Assembly: GCA_963667845.2 (NCBI GenBank)
Contig: CAXXVL010000002.1
Location: 2,240,001 to 2,304,000 of the forward strand
Source of the DNA: Smithellaceae bacterium
Lineage (GTDB): Bacteria > Desulfobacterota > Syntrophia > Syntrophales > Smithellaceae
Direction: 5' to 3'
DNA length: 64,000 nt
The notes beneath the pieces were generated by a model. It was not told where the DNA came from, did not search any database, and was given only the letters and a program-made list of their open reading frames with translations. How positions within the stretch are numbered: position 1 is the first letter of the stretch; the number at the start of each line of letters is the position of its first letter. Positions 37,180-47,123 of this stretch are shown one piece after another. The translations under genes were made by a program, and so were the position numbers.

Positions 37180-38517
37180 TCAGAGAGTTTCCTTTTTTGT
37201 CCAGAGATCATGCAGTCTGAATACCTGATTCAAAATGACGGCCAGCACCGTGCAGAGCGTCAGCGAGGAATCGAAGAGCGGCCTGAGCCACGGGTAGACG
37301 CTTGCATAGAGTTCGGGCAGCATATCGAGGCTCAAGCCGAACATCAGGGACACACCGATCACAAATGTTCTCCGGACGTCCGCACCCGCTCCCAGGATGA
37401 TTCTTAATCCCGACATGATCATGAAACTCGTGACAAAAATCAGGATCGCGCCCATGACGGGGGACGGCATGATAGAGAAGAGCAATCCGATTTTGGGAGA
37501 GAAACCCAGCAGGATAAAGAGCGCGCCGGCGCCGTATCCGATCCAGCGGCTTGTCGCTTTGGTCGCGTCACTCAACGCTACATTGCTGGCCGAGGTGTCC
37601 GACGCCATTCCCCCCACGAGACCGGACGCGGTGACGCAGAGGGAGTCGGCAAACAGGCCGTTTCCGATCCGCTTCATATCCGGTTCCTTCCACTCGGCGT
37701 CGTTGACTTGCTCGGCCATGATCAGGTTTCCAAACGACTTCAGGGCGCCGGTGATCGAGACGATCAGGAAGGCCGGAAGCAGCGACCAGCGAAAAGAGAT
37801 GTCCAGCATGCCCTCGTAAATCGGCAGCGCTACCCAGGGTGCGTCGAGAAAAGACTTAAACTGCGTCGCGGTAATCTGCCCCGTCAGGATCGAAAGTGAA
37901 TAGCCAAAGACCATCCCGACCAGAACGCTGTACATTTTTAATTTGGGCTTTCCCCACAGATTGACGACGACCATCAGGAAAAGCGTCAGCGCCGCAACCA
38001 GGAGACTCGTTCCCCGGATGGGCTCTCCTTCGAAGCTGACGCCCAGAAATTTCGAGGTGGCCAGGGGGATCAGGCCCAGCGCGACCATCAGAACGACCAG
38101 GCCGGTGATCTCGGGAGGAAAGAGGAATTTAAGACGATGAACCACCCGCGAGAACGCCGCTTCGAAAAGGCCGGCGGCGATCGTCATGCCCCGCACGAGA
38201 GGAAGTCCGCCGAGCCAGGCGGCTTCCATGGAAGCTGTGAAAAAGTTGGGGCCGCACAGATTCGGACAGAGAAACCCCGACCCGACGATGCCGCACCGCA
38301 AGGCCTGCAAAATGGTGCCGATGCCGCAGGCGATCATGGTGAGGGCAACGACGGTGCCGACCTGACTTAAGCTTCCGCCGATTTCCGTCACCATGACCAC
38401 GGGCAGAACGAGTGTGCTGGACATCAGAAAGATATGCTGCACACAAAGCAGGACAAGTGCCCCAACGGGGGGCCGGTCATCAACGCCGTAGATCAGATGC
38501 GGGGGTCTTTTTGCCAT
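37180..38517 (-). CDS. NCS2/NAT family permease (xanthine/uracil permease fold)
   Basis: YGVDDRPP, QH, GTILQ, FPP..TGLVV, F.PK, P.PVMGA; many TM segments. Confidence 0.88.
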   Translation of the reverse strand: MAKRPPHLIYGVDDRPPVGALVLLCVQHIFLMSSTLVLPVVMVTEIGGSLSQVGTVVALTMIACGIGTILQALRCGIVGSGFLCPNLCGPNFFTASMEAAWLGGLPLVRGMTIAAGLFEAAFSRVVHRLKFLFPPEITGLVVLMVALGLIPLATSKFLGVSFEGEPIRGTSLLVAALTLFLMVVVNLWGKPKLKMYSVLVGMVFGYSLSILTGQITATQFKSFLDAPWVALPIYEGMLDISFRWSLLPAFLIVSITGALKSFGNLIMAEQVNDAEWKEPDMKRIGNGLFADSLCVTASGLVGGMASDTSASNVALSDATKATSRWIGYGAGALFILLGFSPKIGLLFSIMPSPVMGAILIFVTSFMIMSGLRIILGAGADVRRTFVIGVSLMFGLSLDMLPELYASVYPWLRPLFDSSLTLCTVLAVILNQVFRLHDLWTKKETL

Positions 38518-38519
38518 AA

Positions 38520-39437
38520 TTACATTTTCATCCAGATCGGGCTCGACAGGAAGAAATCCGCTCCGATCATGAATATTTCATTATCGATTTTGACCTTCCG
38601 GATATAGGCGACTTTCCGGCTGGGAAGGTTTGCTCCTGGTTTCGGCCACATGTACTGAATCCAGGCGTCATCATTTTTTGCAAGCTTCTGAAGCATCTCT
38701 TTCACAACAAGCCGTCCCAGTGCGTCCTTGAATCCCGTCAGGTCCCGGTGCATGCCGGGGAAAGCAGGGTCCACGACGGACCGGCCCTTATCGTCCATGA
38801 CAAAGACATATGTGCCCAGGAAATAGAAAGGGGTTGATGTGTCGCGCAACTGAGCGAAAGTGACATCCTTCCCCCGGGTCTTTAAGAGCTCGGCGGCGCG
38901 ATCGACCCGCTCTTTGATGAAGGCCTTTTCCATTTTGATGTCGTAGATACCACAGCCGACGGCATAGGTCTTTCCATCCGGCGTGACGGCCTTGCGGATA
39001 TAGGAACTTTTCCACAGCGGTGTGAATTGCGTCCGTTCCTCCCAGAGATAAAAGACCCAGCCCGAGGCATGTTTTTCGGGCTTCCGGGCGATATCGGTGA
39101 TCATGCGGATGACGGGCTTGCCGTTCATGTCTTTGAGATGGATGAGATTGCTGCCGATGAGCTGTTTTGTAACCGGATGAAAAACGCAGGTGCCGTCAAG
39201 ATCATAAATGAAGATATAATAGTCGTCGTTGAACCATTTGGATCCCGGGACGGCAAAGTCTCCGAAGGCGGTCTGCCCTTTTGCTTCGATCGCGTCGGCT
39301 GCGCTCTCCACCAGAGAAACCAGTTCCTTTGTATCTTCATAGAGGTAGGGTACGGCGGGGTCCGCAGTATGACCGGCGGAGGAGGCGGCAAGCCAAAAAA
39401 GCAGGATGACCGGAATCAAGCGACTTTTTTTCGGCAT
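38520..39437 (-). CDS. secreted stand-alone protein with two tandem single-Cache domains
   Basis: Signal peptide, then two YIF/YVF..D..G...P...KD..G...W..Y.W...K..Y.RK repeats; no TM or output domain; CAGGAG RBS. Confidence 0.85.
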   Translation of the reverse strand: MPKKSRLIPVILLFWLAASSAGHTADPAVPYLYEDTKELVSLVESAADAIEAKGQTAFGDFAVPGSKWFNDDYYIFIYDLDGTCVFHPVTKQLIGSNLIHLKDMNGKPVIRMITDIARKPEKHASGWVFYLWEERTQFTPLWKSSYIRKAVTPDGKTYAVGCGIYDIKMEKAFIKERVDRAAELLKTRGKDVTFAQLRDTSTPFYFLGTYVFVMDDKGRSVVDPAFPGMHRDLTGFKDALGRLVVKEMLQKLAKNDDAWIQYMWPKPGANLPSRKVAYIRKVKIDNEIFMIGADFFLSSPIWMKM

Positions 39438-39515
39438 AGAGGTCTCCTGAAATGGACTTTCTATTTTGAAAATTTCCAGAAACCCTTTCGACACGGATAA
39501 CGCCTAAATATCCAC

Positions 39516-40025
39516 TCAAGTCCGCCGTCGGCCGGGTTTCTCCTCCAATTGCCTGCGGCGGCTGATTTCATTCTTCATGACTCGTTTCACGATAGCCGCC
39601 AATTCGCGATCCGCCAGTGCTTCCGTGCATTCGTCGATCATCCGCTTATCTCTTTCCCGGAGAGTAAACTTCGGTGTGCCGGTCGTGTCTCGTCTTGGCC
39701 TTTGACGGGCGGGGTTATACCCGACCGTAAAGTGAATCTCCTTGATTGCCGCCCATCCGGCCAGTTCGTTCATTTTTTGACGAATGTCTTCTTTCATGAA
39801 ATGCAACTGCTGCACCCAGACCGAAGAGGTTGTTTTTACAAACAGGGTTCCGGACCGCAAGGTTTCGGGTTCGGTTTGCGCGGCAATTTGCGGGCCGACC
39901 GCTTTCGGCCAGAGCTTGATGAGGGCATTTTCTTCCAGCTTGTCGGCCATGCCCCTTTTTTTCAAGACGGAAAACAAGATTTCACCGATGGATTGCAGAC
40001 GCCTCTGTGAGTATCTTCTTCTCAT
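39516..40025 (-). CDS. DUF721/DciA-family protein
   Basis: WPKAVGPQIA..T.P...GTLFV...SSVWVQQLHF. Confidence 0.82.
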   Translation of the reverse strand: MRRRYSQRRLQSIGEILFSVLKKRGMADKLEENALIKLWPKAVGPQIAAQTEPETLRSGTLFVKTTSSVWVQQLHFMKEDIRQKMNELAGWAAIKEIHFTVGYNPARQRPRRDTTGTPKFTLRERDKRMIDECTEALADRELAAIVKRVMKNEISRRRQLEEKPGRRRT

Positions 40026-40057
40026 GGTTCAGTGTGTGACATAATTTGAACGGATGA

Positions 40058-42073
40058 TCAAGGTGAATCAAAAATCGGCAAAGGGATTTGAACGGATTCC
40101 TGTGATTTTACCTGAGGCGGGGACTGCCCCAGAATGTTGCGCAATTGCCTGGAGATATCGCCGATGGTGAAAGGTTTCTGAATGAACCCGCTGCAACCGC
40201 GGTCAATGATTTCGGCGGCCCGGCCGTTTAAGCTGTAACCGCTGGACAAGAGGACCTTGATGTGGGGGTTTATTTTCTTAAGTTCATTGAAAATTTCGCC
40301 GCCGCCCATGTCCGGCATGACCATATCGAGGATCACCAGGTCAATATCCGATTGACGCCGTCTATAGGTGTCGAGGGCGGCGGGGCCGTCCTGGGCCGTG
40401 ATGACGGTGTAACCCATCGCCTTGAGCATTTCACCCGCTACATCCAGAACGATGGCTTCATCGTCGATAAGCAGAATGGTTTCCCTGTAAAGTATTGCGT
40501 CTGCGGCGGAATCCTGATCCGAAATCTTGCCTTTTTCGTCTTTCTTAACGGAGGCGGGAAGGTAAATATTGAACGTCGAACCCTGGCCCTTTTCCGAATA
40601 GACGTTAATAAAACCGTTGTGATTTTTGATGATGCCGTAAACGGAAGCCAGCCCCAATCCGGTGCCTCGCCCCATTTCTTTGGTCGTAAAGAAGGGCTCG
40701 AATATTCTTTCCCTGGTTTTTTCATCCATGCCCACGCCGGTATCGGTTACGGAAATTTTTACATAACGACCGCTTTTGCCGGTGTATGATTTAAAGCGAC
40801 TTTCGTCGATGACCGTATTCTTTGTTTCGATATAGAGATCCCCGCCGCCGGGCATTGCCTGCCAGGCATTGACGAACAGGTTCAGGAGCACCTGTTCGAT
40901 TTGTCCCTGATCGATATCAGTTGACCAGAGATGATTTTCAAATTCGCGGTGGATGTGTATTTCTTTCTTGGTTCGGCCGATGGTTTGAGATGTCTTGTCT
41001 ATTAAGTCGTTCAAGTCAACCCGTTTGACTTCGTACTTGCCACCGCGGGCGAAACCAAGCAGTTGTTTGGTTAGATTCGCGCCGCTCATCACGAGGGTTT
41101 CGATTGTTTTGACATGTTCATAAGACGGATCGTTCTTGCCGATTTTCAAGAGGGCCAGGGAGGTATGCCCCTGAATCCCCATCAGCAGATTATTAAAATC
41201 GTGAGCGATTCCGCCGGCCAGGGTACCGATGGATTCCATCTTCTGCGCCTGCAAAAGCCGGGTCTCCGTTTTTTTCTGTCCGGTGATATCGTGCATGAAG
41301 TTTAAAGTGGCCGGTGCGTTTTCCCAAAGAATCGCTACACTGTTGGTTGCCACCCAGATGGTCGCGCCTTCCTTATTCACAATCCGGAAACTGATATTGA
41401 CGGCCGAGGTATCGCCCCGGAGAATGGTTTTCTGCTGCTCGAAGACCATTTCCCGGTCTTCTGAAATGACGAGGTTAATAAAAGAAATCAACTGGAGATC
41501 GCTTACGGAGTATCCGAGCATTCGTTCCGTACAACTGTTGGCGTACGTCATTTTCCCGTCGGTGATAATGAAAATCGCTTCATTGGAATATTCGATCAGT
41601 TGACGGTATTTTTCCTCCGATTTCAGCAGCGCTTCTTCATTTTTTCGTCTTTTGGTAATGTCCTTGGAAACGACGGATACGGCGATGATATTCGGGGGGT
41701 CGGCAGAGTCTCTGACCGGGCTGAAGGTTCTGAGGAAATATTCTCCCTCGCGGATGCCCTGATGTTCGTCGTGAATGGAGATACCCGTTTCATAGACGGT
41801 TCTGACTTTGGATTCAAATTCGGCGCTTTGCTGGGGCGAGTGAAAGTCTTTGAAGGAAAGACCGGCGGCTTTTCCTTTGGGGATGTTCATACGTTCTGCG
41901 TGGTTGCTGTTCATGAAAAGGTAGCGGCCGTTGATATCGACAAGATAGAGGCAATCGCTTGTGGAGTCGACGAGGTTACGGTATTGATTCTCAATCCCGA
42001 TTTGCTCTTGAACCTTCCGGGTCAGTTCCGTAATTTTGTGTTCGAGCTCTGCGTAGGTCAGCTTTGCTTCCAT
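40058..42073 (-). CDS. hybrid PAS-PAS histidine kinase with receiver domain
   Basis: GGIAHDFNNLL, NLFVNAWQAM, DTGVGM, FFTTK..GRGTGLGL; receiver motifs LIDDE, LDMVMP, QKPF. Confidence 0.94.
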   Translation of the reverse strand: MEAKLTYAELEHKITELTRKVQEQIGIENQYRNLVDSTSDCLYLVDINGRYLFMNSNHAERMNIPKGKAAGLSFKDFHSPQQSAEFESKVRTVYETGISIHDEHQGIREGEYFLRTFSPVRDSADPPNIIAVSVVSKDITKRRKNEEALLKSEEKYRQLIEYSNEAIFIITDGKMTYANSCTERMLGYSVSDLQLISFINLVISEDREMVFEQQKTILRGDTSAVNISFRIVNKEGATIWVATNSVAILWENAPATLNFMHDITGQKKTETRLLQAQKMESIGTLAGGIAHDFNNLLMGIQGHTSLALLKIGKNDPSYEHVKTIETLVMSGANLTKQLLGFARGGKYEVKRVDLNDLIDKTSQTIGRTKKEIHIHREFENHLWSTDIDQGQIEQVLLNLFVNAWQAMPGGGDLYIETKNTVIDESRFKSYTGKSGRYVKISVTDTGVGMDEKTRERIFEPFFTTKEMGRGTGLGLASVYGIIKNHNGFINVYSEKGQGSTFNIYLPASVKKDEKGKISDQDSAADAILYRETILLIDDEAIVLDVAGEMLKAMGYTVITAQDGPAALDTYRRRQSDIDLVILDMVMPDMGGGEIFNELKKINPHIKVLLSSGYSLNGRAAEIIDRGCSGFIQKPFTIGDISRQLRNILGQSPPQVKSQESVQIPLPIFDSP

Positions 42074-42092
42074 TGACGCACCAGGTGTTCGG

Positions 42093-42623
42093 CTACACTA
42101 ATTTCTTAAACTCCTCGGCGAAAATATCAAATGTCCGTTGATCAAATAAAACGTGGCGCATGACGCTGATGGCCGTGTTATCGCGTGCAAATTCAATGCA
42201 GGTCGTAAGGGCCAGATGGGCAGCTTCATGGATTGGATAACCATAAACCCCGCAACTTATAGCCGGAAAGGAGACGCTTTGCAAGCCGTTCTTTACGGCG
42301 AGCTTCAAACTGTTTTCATAGGCGGAGGCAAGCAGCCGGGCTTCATCATGGGCGCCGCCGCGGTAAATCGGTCCCACGGCATGAATCACAAAACGCGCTT
42401 TGAGGTTGCCGGCCGTGGTGATTACGGCATGGCCCGTCGGGCAGCCTCCGATCTTACGGCACTCGGCCATGATAGCGGGTCCCCCGGCGCGGTGAATGGC
42501 GCCATCCACTCCGCCGCCGCCGGCCAGATGGCTGTTCGCGGCATTGACGATGGCGTCCGTCGTTTCCCGGGTGATGTCCCCCGGAACAATCTCAATCTCG
42601 GTTTGATTGAAAGTCGATTTCAT
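42093..42623 (-). CDS. macro-domain O-acetyl-ADP-ribose deacetylase (YmdB-like)
   Basis: GDIT, DAIVNAAN, GGGGVDGAIH, IHAVGP, FPAISCGVYGYP. Confidence 0.93.
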   Translation of the reverse strand: MKSTFNQTEIEIVPGDITRETTDAIVNAANSHLAGGGGVDGAIHRAGGPAIMAECRKIGGCPTGHAVITTAGNLKARFVIHAVGPIYRGGAHDEARLLASAYENSLKLAVKNGLQSVSFPAISCGVYGYPIHEAAHLALTTCIEFARDNTAISVMRHVLFDQRTFDIFAEEFKKLV

Positions 42624-42625
42624 CT

Positions 42626-44212
42626 TCAGGGCTCCGGCGGGATGGGGGTTCCTTCACCGTAAACCAGCATCCGGTAGGTTTTGGCGATGCGATCCCAGTT
42701 GTCTTCGCGATCCATCGACCAGTAGCGGCCGATGACTGATACCACCTGTCCCAGCTGCAAAGCGTGACATTTTTCTTCCACCTGGCGAATATAGCGGGCG
42801 CCGCTTTCCGGTAATTCACCGCGTCTGCCCAGCATGCTGTGAATAAAAAGACGGGAAACACCCTGCTTCCTGGCCAATTCCATCAGGGCCAGAAGGTGTT
42901 CGATAGATCCATGGGAACTGAAAAAAGAAACGATACCCATGAGGTGCAAAGCTTTGCCGTTTTGCTGGGCCTTCCGCATGACATTAATGAAGGCGTTGTT
43001 TTGATAAAACTGGCGCTCAGCGATGGACTGATCGATCTTCAGACGGTCGGAATAAATCCGGCGGCCCGCGCCCATGTGCAGATGCCCCGCTTCCGAATTG
43101 CCTACGGTCTTCGGAGGCAATCCCACGGCCGTGCCGGATGCGGCAAGAAGCGATGAGGGGTAATCCCTGAGCAGCTTGTCCATAACCGGCGTCGAAGCGC
43201 TCGCGATTAAATTGCCCGTCGGGTCTTCGCGGTAGCCCCAGCCGTCGAGAATGATCAGCAGCAAACGCGTCACCGGCGCAGAGGATGTCTTGTCGGGCCT
43301 GATGAGTGAAGCACCGGTCATCGAAGGAGGCGTGGGCAATCCCAGTAAATCGAGAATTGTCGGGGCGACGTCCGTCATCTCGCCTGCGGGTTTCAGGGTG
43401 AGCTTGCCCTCCGGGTGCAGCAGAATGAAAGATACAGGGCTGTCGGTATGGCCCGTATCGATACCGCCCTCCGGGTAAAGCCATTTTTCGACGGTCCCAT
43501 GGTCGGCCGTGACGATGATGGCCATATTTTGCCGGCGTGCTTCGTCAATCAGAATTCCGGCCTGCCGGTCCACAGCTGTGACGGCCCGGATCACCGCCGG
43601 TTCATTTTCGATGTGGCCGACGACGTCCACATTCGGGAAGTTAACGACCGTAAAATTGCATTCGGGGTCTTTGATCTTGCCGAGGGCTGCCCGGGTGATT
43701 TCGGAAATGGACATTTCCGGAGCTTCGTCAAACAGCTTAACGTCCTTGCGGGTCGGGATGACGATCCGTTCTTCTCGGGGCAGCGGGTCGTTCTTCTTAC
43801 CGTTGAAAAAGAAACTCACATGAACCGCTTTTTCCGCTTCAGTGATTTTTGCCTGACTCAGACCGTTTGCCGCGATAACGTCGCTTACGGTATCGGTCAG
43901 AACGCCCTCGGGCGGGAAAGCGACCTGAACATTCAGACCCTTCTGATACTCAATCATAGTGGCGAAGCTCACTGAGAGTTCTGGATCGACGGGGAATTCA
44001 TGGAAGTGCGCTTCAGTGAAGCTGCGGGTTAACTCAATTTCGCGCTCGCCGCGGATATTATAGAAAATGACCGAATCACCCGATTTGATTCGCCCTGCAG
44101 GGTTGCGTTCCTGATCGACGAGGACCAGCGGCAGAAGGGTTTCATCTTCTTCGCCCCGCAAGTAGGCCAGGTGGACAGCCTGGGACATCGGGAATTTGAC
44201 TTCAGGGCCCAT
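42626..44212 (-). CDS. gpmI: circularly permuted 2,3-bisphosphoglycerate-independent phosphoglycerate mutase
   Basis: All iPGM motifs are present in swapped order: GDSVIFYNIR, HVSFFFNG, PEMS, DVVGH, TADHG and DVAPTIL come before LIILDGWG, VGLP..VGNSEAGH and GRYWSMDR. Confidence 0.88.
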   Translation of the reverse strand: MGPEVKFPMSQAVHLAYLRGEEDETLLPLVLVDQERNPAGRIKSGDSVIFYNIRGEREIELTRSFTEAHFHEFPVDPELSVSFATMIEYQKGLNVQVAFPPEGVLTDTVSDVIAANGLSQAKITEAEKAVHVSFFFNGKKNDPLPREERIVIPTRKDVKLFDEAPEMSISEITRAALGKIKDPECNFTVVNFPNVDVVGHIENEPAVIRAVTAVDRQAGILIDEARRQNMAIIVTADHGTVEKWLYPEGGIDTGHTDSPVSFILLHPEGKLTLKPAGEMTDVAPTILDLLGLPTPPSMTGASLIRPDKTSSAPVTRLLLIILDGWGYREDPTGNLIASASTPVMDKLLRDYPSSLLAASGTAVGLPPKTVGNSEAGHLHMGAGRRIYSDRLKIDQSIAERQFYQNNAFINVMRKAQQNGKALHLMGIVSFFSSHGSIEHLLALMELARKQGVSRLFIHSMLGRRGELPESGARYIRQVEEKCHALQLGQVVSVIGRYWSMDREDNWDRIAKTYRMLVYGEGTPIPPEP

Positions 44213-44378
44213 GGGAATACCTGCTTATCCGTTGGTCATGTTTATTTGAAGTGCCTCTCTAGCGAAATAACGGCCGCCTGTAAAGGGAAAAGATTGCCGC
44301 AGCGCTGAAAAGCCTTTTAAACTTGAAAATTAGGCGCTTAAATGATAGAGGCCTCGAAAGCATTTCAGGAAGGTTTTT

Positions 44379-44768
44379 ATGCAGGCGTCGGGTGCCGGGA
44401 AGAAGGATCAACAGGAGAGTCTGTGCGAAGAACTGCTGCGCGAGCGGGCGGTTGTTCTGAGCCGGGCCGGCTTTGCCGTGGAGGATGCGCTGGAAAGACT
44501 GGCGAAAATTGAGGAACAGATAAAGGATAAGCTCCGGTATTTTTATTCGGATCAGAAGGATGATTCCGTTCCCGGCGGGCAGAGCCGGCAGGCGTTTCTT
44601 AACGACATTAATTTAATCATCGATCAATTCAATGCCGCATGTCAGAAAGCGGAAATCCAATTCTACTACTTGATTGTGACGCGCGAAGCCCTGGGGCTGA
44701 GAAGACATGAAACGGTTCAGAGACTCTACCGGGTTCCTCCGAAAAAGAAAAAGATGCAGGCTATTTGA
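44379..44768 (+). CDS. hypothetical helical protein
   Basis: 129-aa ORF with a RE.A..L.RAG...YYLIV.REALGLRRH..V...Y.VP pattern; TGATG overlap with pcm. Confidence 0.7.
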   Translation: MQASGAGKKDQQESLCEELLRERAVVLSRAGFAVEDALERLAKIEEQIKDKLRYFYSDQKDDSVPGGQSRQAFLNDINLIIDQFNAACQKAEIQFYYLIVTREALGLRRHETVQRLYRVPPKKKKMQAI

Positions 44769-45421
44769 TGGACAGGTACAAGAAGCAGCGAACACGGATG
44801 GTGGAAACGCAGATTCGGAGCCGTGCGATCAGCGATCCCGGCGTCTTGAAAATAATGGAAACCATTCCCCGTCATCTCTTTGTCGATGAGGGCCTCATCG
44901 ATCAGGCATACAGCGACAACCCGCTGCCCATCGGCGAACGACAAACGATCTCTCAACCCTATATTGTCGCTTTAATGTCGCAGGCTTTGGATTTGAAGGG
45001 CAGGGAGCGCGTTCTGGAAATCGGGACCGGGTCGGGTTATCAAACGGCAATATTGGCTAATCTGGCCGATCGCGTTTTTTCCATCGAGCGGGTGGCCGCG
45101 CTGGCGACCCGTGCCCGGAAGATTTTAGACAGACTCAATTGTTATAACGTCGCTATCCGTGTCGGGGACGGATCTTACGGATGGAAGGAAGAAGCGCCGT
45201 TTGATGCAATTATTACGACTGCCGCTGCTCCAAGGGTTCCGCAGTATCTGGTCGAACAGCTTATTCCGGGAGGCAGAATGGTCGTTCCGATCGGCAATCG
45301 TGACGTCCAGACGCTTTATAAATTCACCCGCTCAACTGAAAATCCCGATGAAATAAAGAAAGAAGATCTGGGAGGCTGCCGTTTTGTCAGCCTGATAGGA
45401 GAAAGCGGATGGAAAGAATGA
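44768..45421 (+). CDS. pcm: protein-L-isoaspartate O-methyltransferase
   Basis: PRHLFV, AY.D.PLPIG..QTISQPY, LEIGTGSGYQ, GDGSYGW..APFD. Confidence 0.95.
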   Translation: MDRYKKQRTRMVETQIRSRAISDPGVLKIMETIPRHLFVDEGLIDQAYSDNPLPIGERQTISQPYIVALMSQALDLKGRERVLEIGTGSGYQTAILANLADRVFSIERVAALATRARKILDRLNCYNVAIRVGDGSYGWKEEAPFDAIITTAAAPRVPQYLVEQLIPGGRMVVPIGNRDVQTLYKFTRSTENPDEIKKEDLGGCRFVSLIGESGWKE

Positions 45422-46350
45422 ATCAGCAAAGGCCGGTTCTTGCGAACCGATCCCGCTTTGCCTGCGCATTTTACCTGGTCCTTCTTCTGGCGGCCTCTAT
45501 TGCTCTGCTTTCGTTGATTTCGTGCGCCGGTTCATCTGTAAAGAAAGGTACGGCCAAAGGTGTTTATCACATCGTCAAAAAAGGGGAAACCGCCTACAGC
45601 ATCGCCCGGGCCTATTCCGTCAGCCTGCAGGATTTGGCAGAAATAAATAATATCACGGACGTATCGAATATTAAGGAAGGCTCTGTCATTTTTATCCCGG
45701 ATGCCAATCAGGTCATCGACGATGTCATGGTTTCAGCCAGAAAGGCGGACGAGACAAAGCCGCGTGATGCAAGCATCATTAACCCGGCGGATACCGGGCC
45801 GCAGGCATCAGGGAAACCGGCCGACAAGGCGCTCGCCAGAACAGTTGGTCCGAATCCCGAGCCGGGCGATCCCGGGGCACAAGCTTCAAAAATACCGGCT
45901 GAGCCGCCCGCGGGTGCAGAAGATAAAACCAGGACGGGGCAAAGACCGCTTTTCTCTGAAAATGAAGTACGGACCCAAAAGGGAAGCTTTGCCTGGCCGG
46001 TCAAGGGCACTGTAAAAACCCGCTTCGGTATTCAGCCCAACAAAACATACCATAACTGGATCAAAATTGTCTGTCCTGCCGGCGCGAAGGTTAAAGCGGC
46101 CGCCGGCGGAACAGTAATCTTTTCCGCCGGCCTGAAGGATTTCGGCGAAACGATCATCATCCGCCATGCAAATGATTTCGCAACCGTATACACGCATCTG
46201 AAGAAGAGATACGCCAGAGCGGATCAGAGCGTCAAAAAAGGTGAAGCTATCGCACTGGTGGGAGAAATAGATGAAGCCGGGGAGGCTTATCTCAATTTTG
46301 AAATACGCCTGAAGGGGAAGGCCCGGAATCCGCTTTTCTACCTGCCCTGA
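45418..46350 (+). CDS. LysM/M23 lipoprotein (NlpD-like, degenerate M23 site)
   Basis: Lipobox LISC, LysM (HIVKKGETAYSIA), FAWPVKG, TVYTHL, LNFEIR...NPL.YLP; follows pcm. Confidence 0.85.
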   Translation: MNQQRPVLANRSRFACAFYLVLLLAASIALLSLISCAGSSVKKGTAKGVYHIVKKGETAYSIARAYSVSLQDLAEINNITDVSNIKEGSVIFIPDANQVIDDVMVSARKADETKPRDASIINPADTGPQASGKPADKALARTVGPNPEPGDPGAQASKIPAEPPAGAEDKTRTGQRPLFSENEVRTQKGSFAWPVKGTVKTRFGIQPNKTYHNWIKIVCPAGAKVKAAAGGTVIFSAGLKDFGETIIIRHANDFATVYTHLKKRYARADQSVKKGEAIALVGEIDEAGEAYLNFEIRLKGKARNPLFYLP

Positions 46351-46410
46351 TTACGCTGGCCGGCCGGTCATGTAACATTTCTGAAGTATTTCACTAAATT
46401 GCATTAATTA

Positions 46411-46439
46411 TTGACTAATTGTCCGAACTATGTTAATCT
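46411..46439 (+). promoter_or_regulatory. sigma70-type promoter for carD
   Basis: TTGACT-17 nt-TAATCT with a TG extension. Confidence 0.5.
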
Positions 46440-46471
46440 GCTCCGCTATATAGAAAGGCAGGGAGCATAAA

Positions 46472-46957
46472 ATGTTTAAAGTAGGTGATTTGGCAGTGTA
46501 TCCGGCACAAGGTGTCGGTGTCATTGAAGCTATTGAAAATAGAGAAGTTATGGGAAAAAAGCAGCCCTTTTATGTCATGAAAATTATGGGTAACGGTATG
46601 AAGATCATGATTCCCACGACTTCAGCCAAGGCCGTAGGACTTCGTGAAGTCATCATGGAAAAGGAAATACCCAAAGTTTACGAAATCTTGCGCAATAAAG
46701 ACGTAACCATTGACAAGCAGACCTGGAACAAGCGTTACCGGGAATATCTGGAAAAAATAAAAACGGGCTCGGTTTTTGAAATTGCCAGTGTCTTGAGGGA
46801 TTTGTTCATTTTGAAAAGCGACAAAAACCTTTCTTTCGGCGAGCGGAAGATGATGGATACGGCGAAGAATCTGCTGGTGAAGGAAATATCCGTGGCCACC
46901 AATGCCCAGGAAGCTAAAGTTGAACGCGATTTGCAGATGATTTTTACCGTGCAATAA
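46472..46957 (+). CDS. carD: CarD family transcriptional regulator
   Basis: MFKVGD.AVYPAQGVG.I, WNKRYRE..EKIKTG, LSFGERKM. Confidence 0.93.
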   Translation: MFKVGDLAVYPAQGVGVIEAIENREVMGKKQPFYVMKIMGNGMKIMIPTTSAKAVGLREVIMEKEIPKVYEILRNKDVTIDKQTWNKRYREYLEKIKTGSVFEIASVLRDLFILKSDKNLSFGERKMMDTAKNLLVKEISVATNAQEAKVERDLQMIFTVQ

Positions 46958-47123
46958 AACCCGTAATTTGTCCGGTTCATGCGCAGCTCTTTGAAAACTG
47001 AAGAATGGACAGATCGTTTTTCCTGATCAGGGAAAAAAAGAGACCTCCCCATTATTGAGTAATCGATTAGTCTGCTTATATTAAGACACATATTACATTA
47101 ATTCTATTTTTTTAGAAAAGGAG

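Noticed and set aside
45418..46350. Loss of M23 zinc ligands as a sign of pseudogenisation
   Set aside because: Degenerate M23 sites are normal for NlpD/EnvC-type amidase activators, and the pcm-nlpD order is standard.
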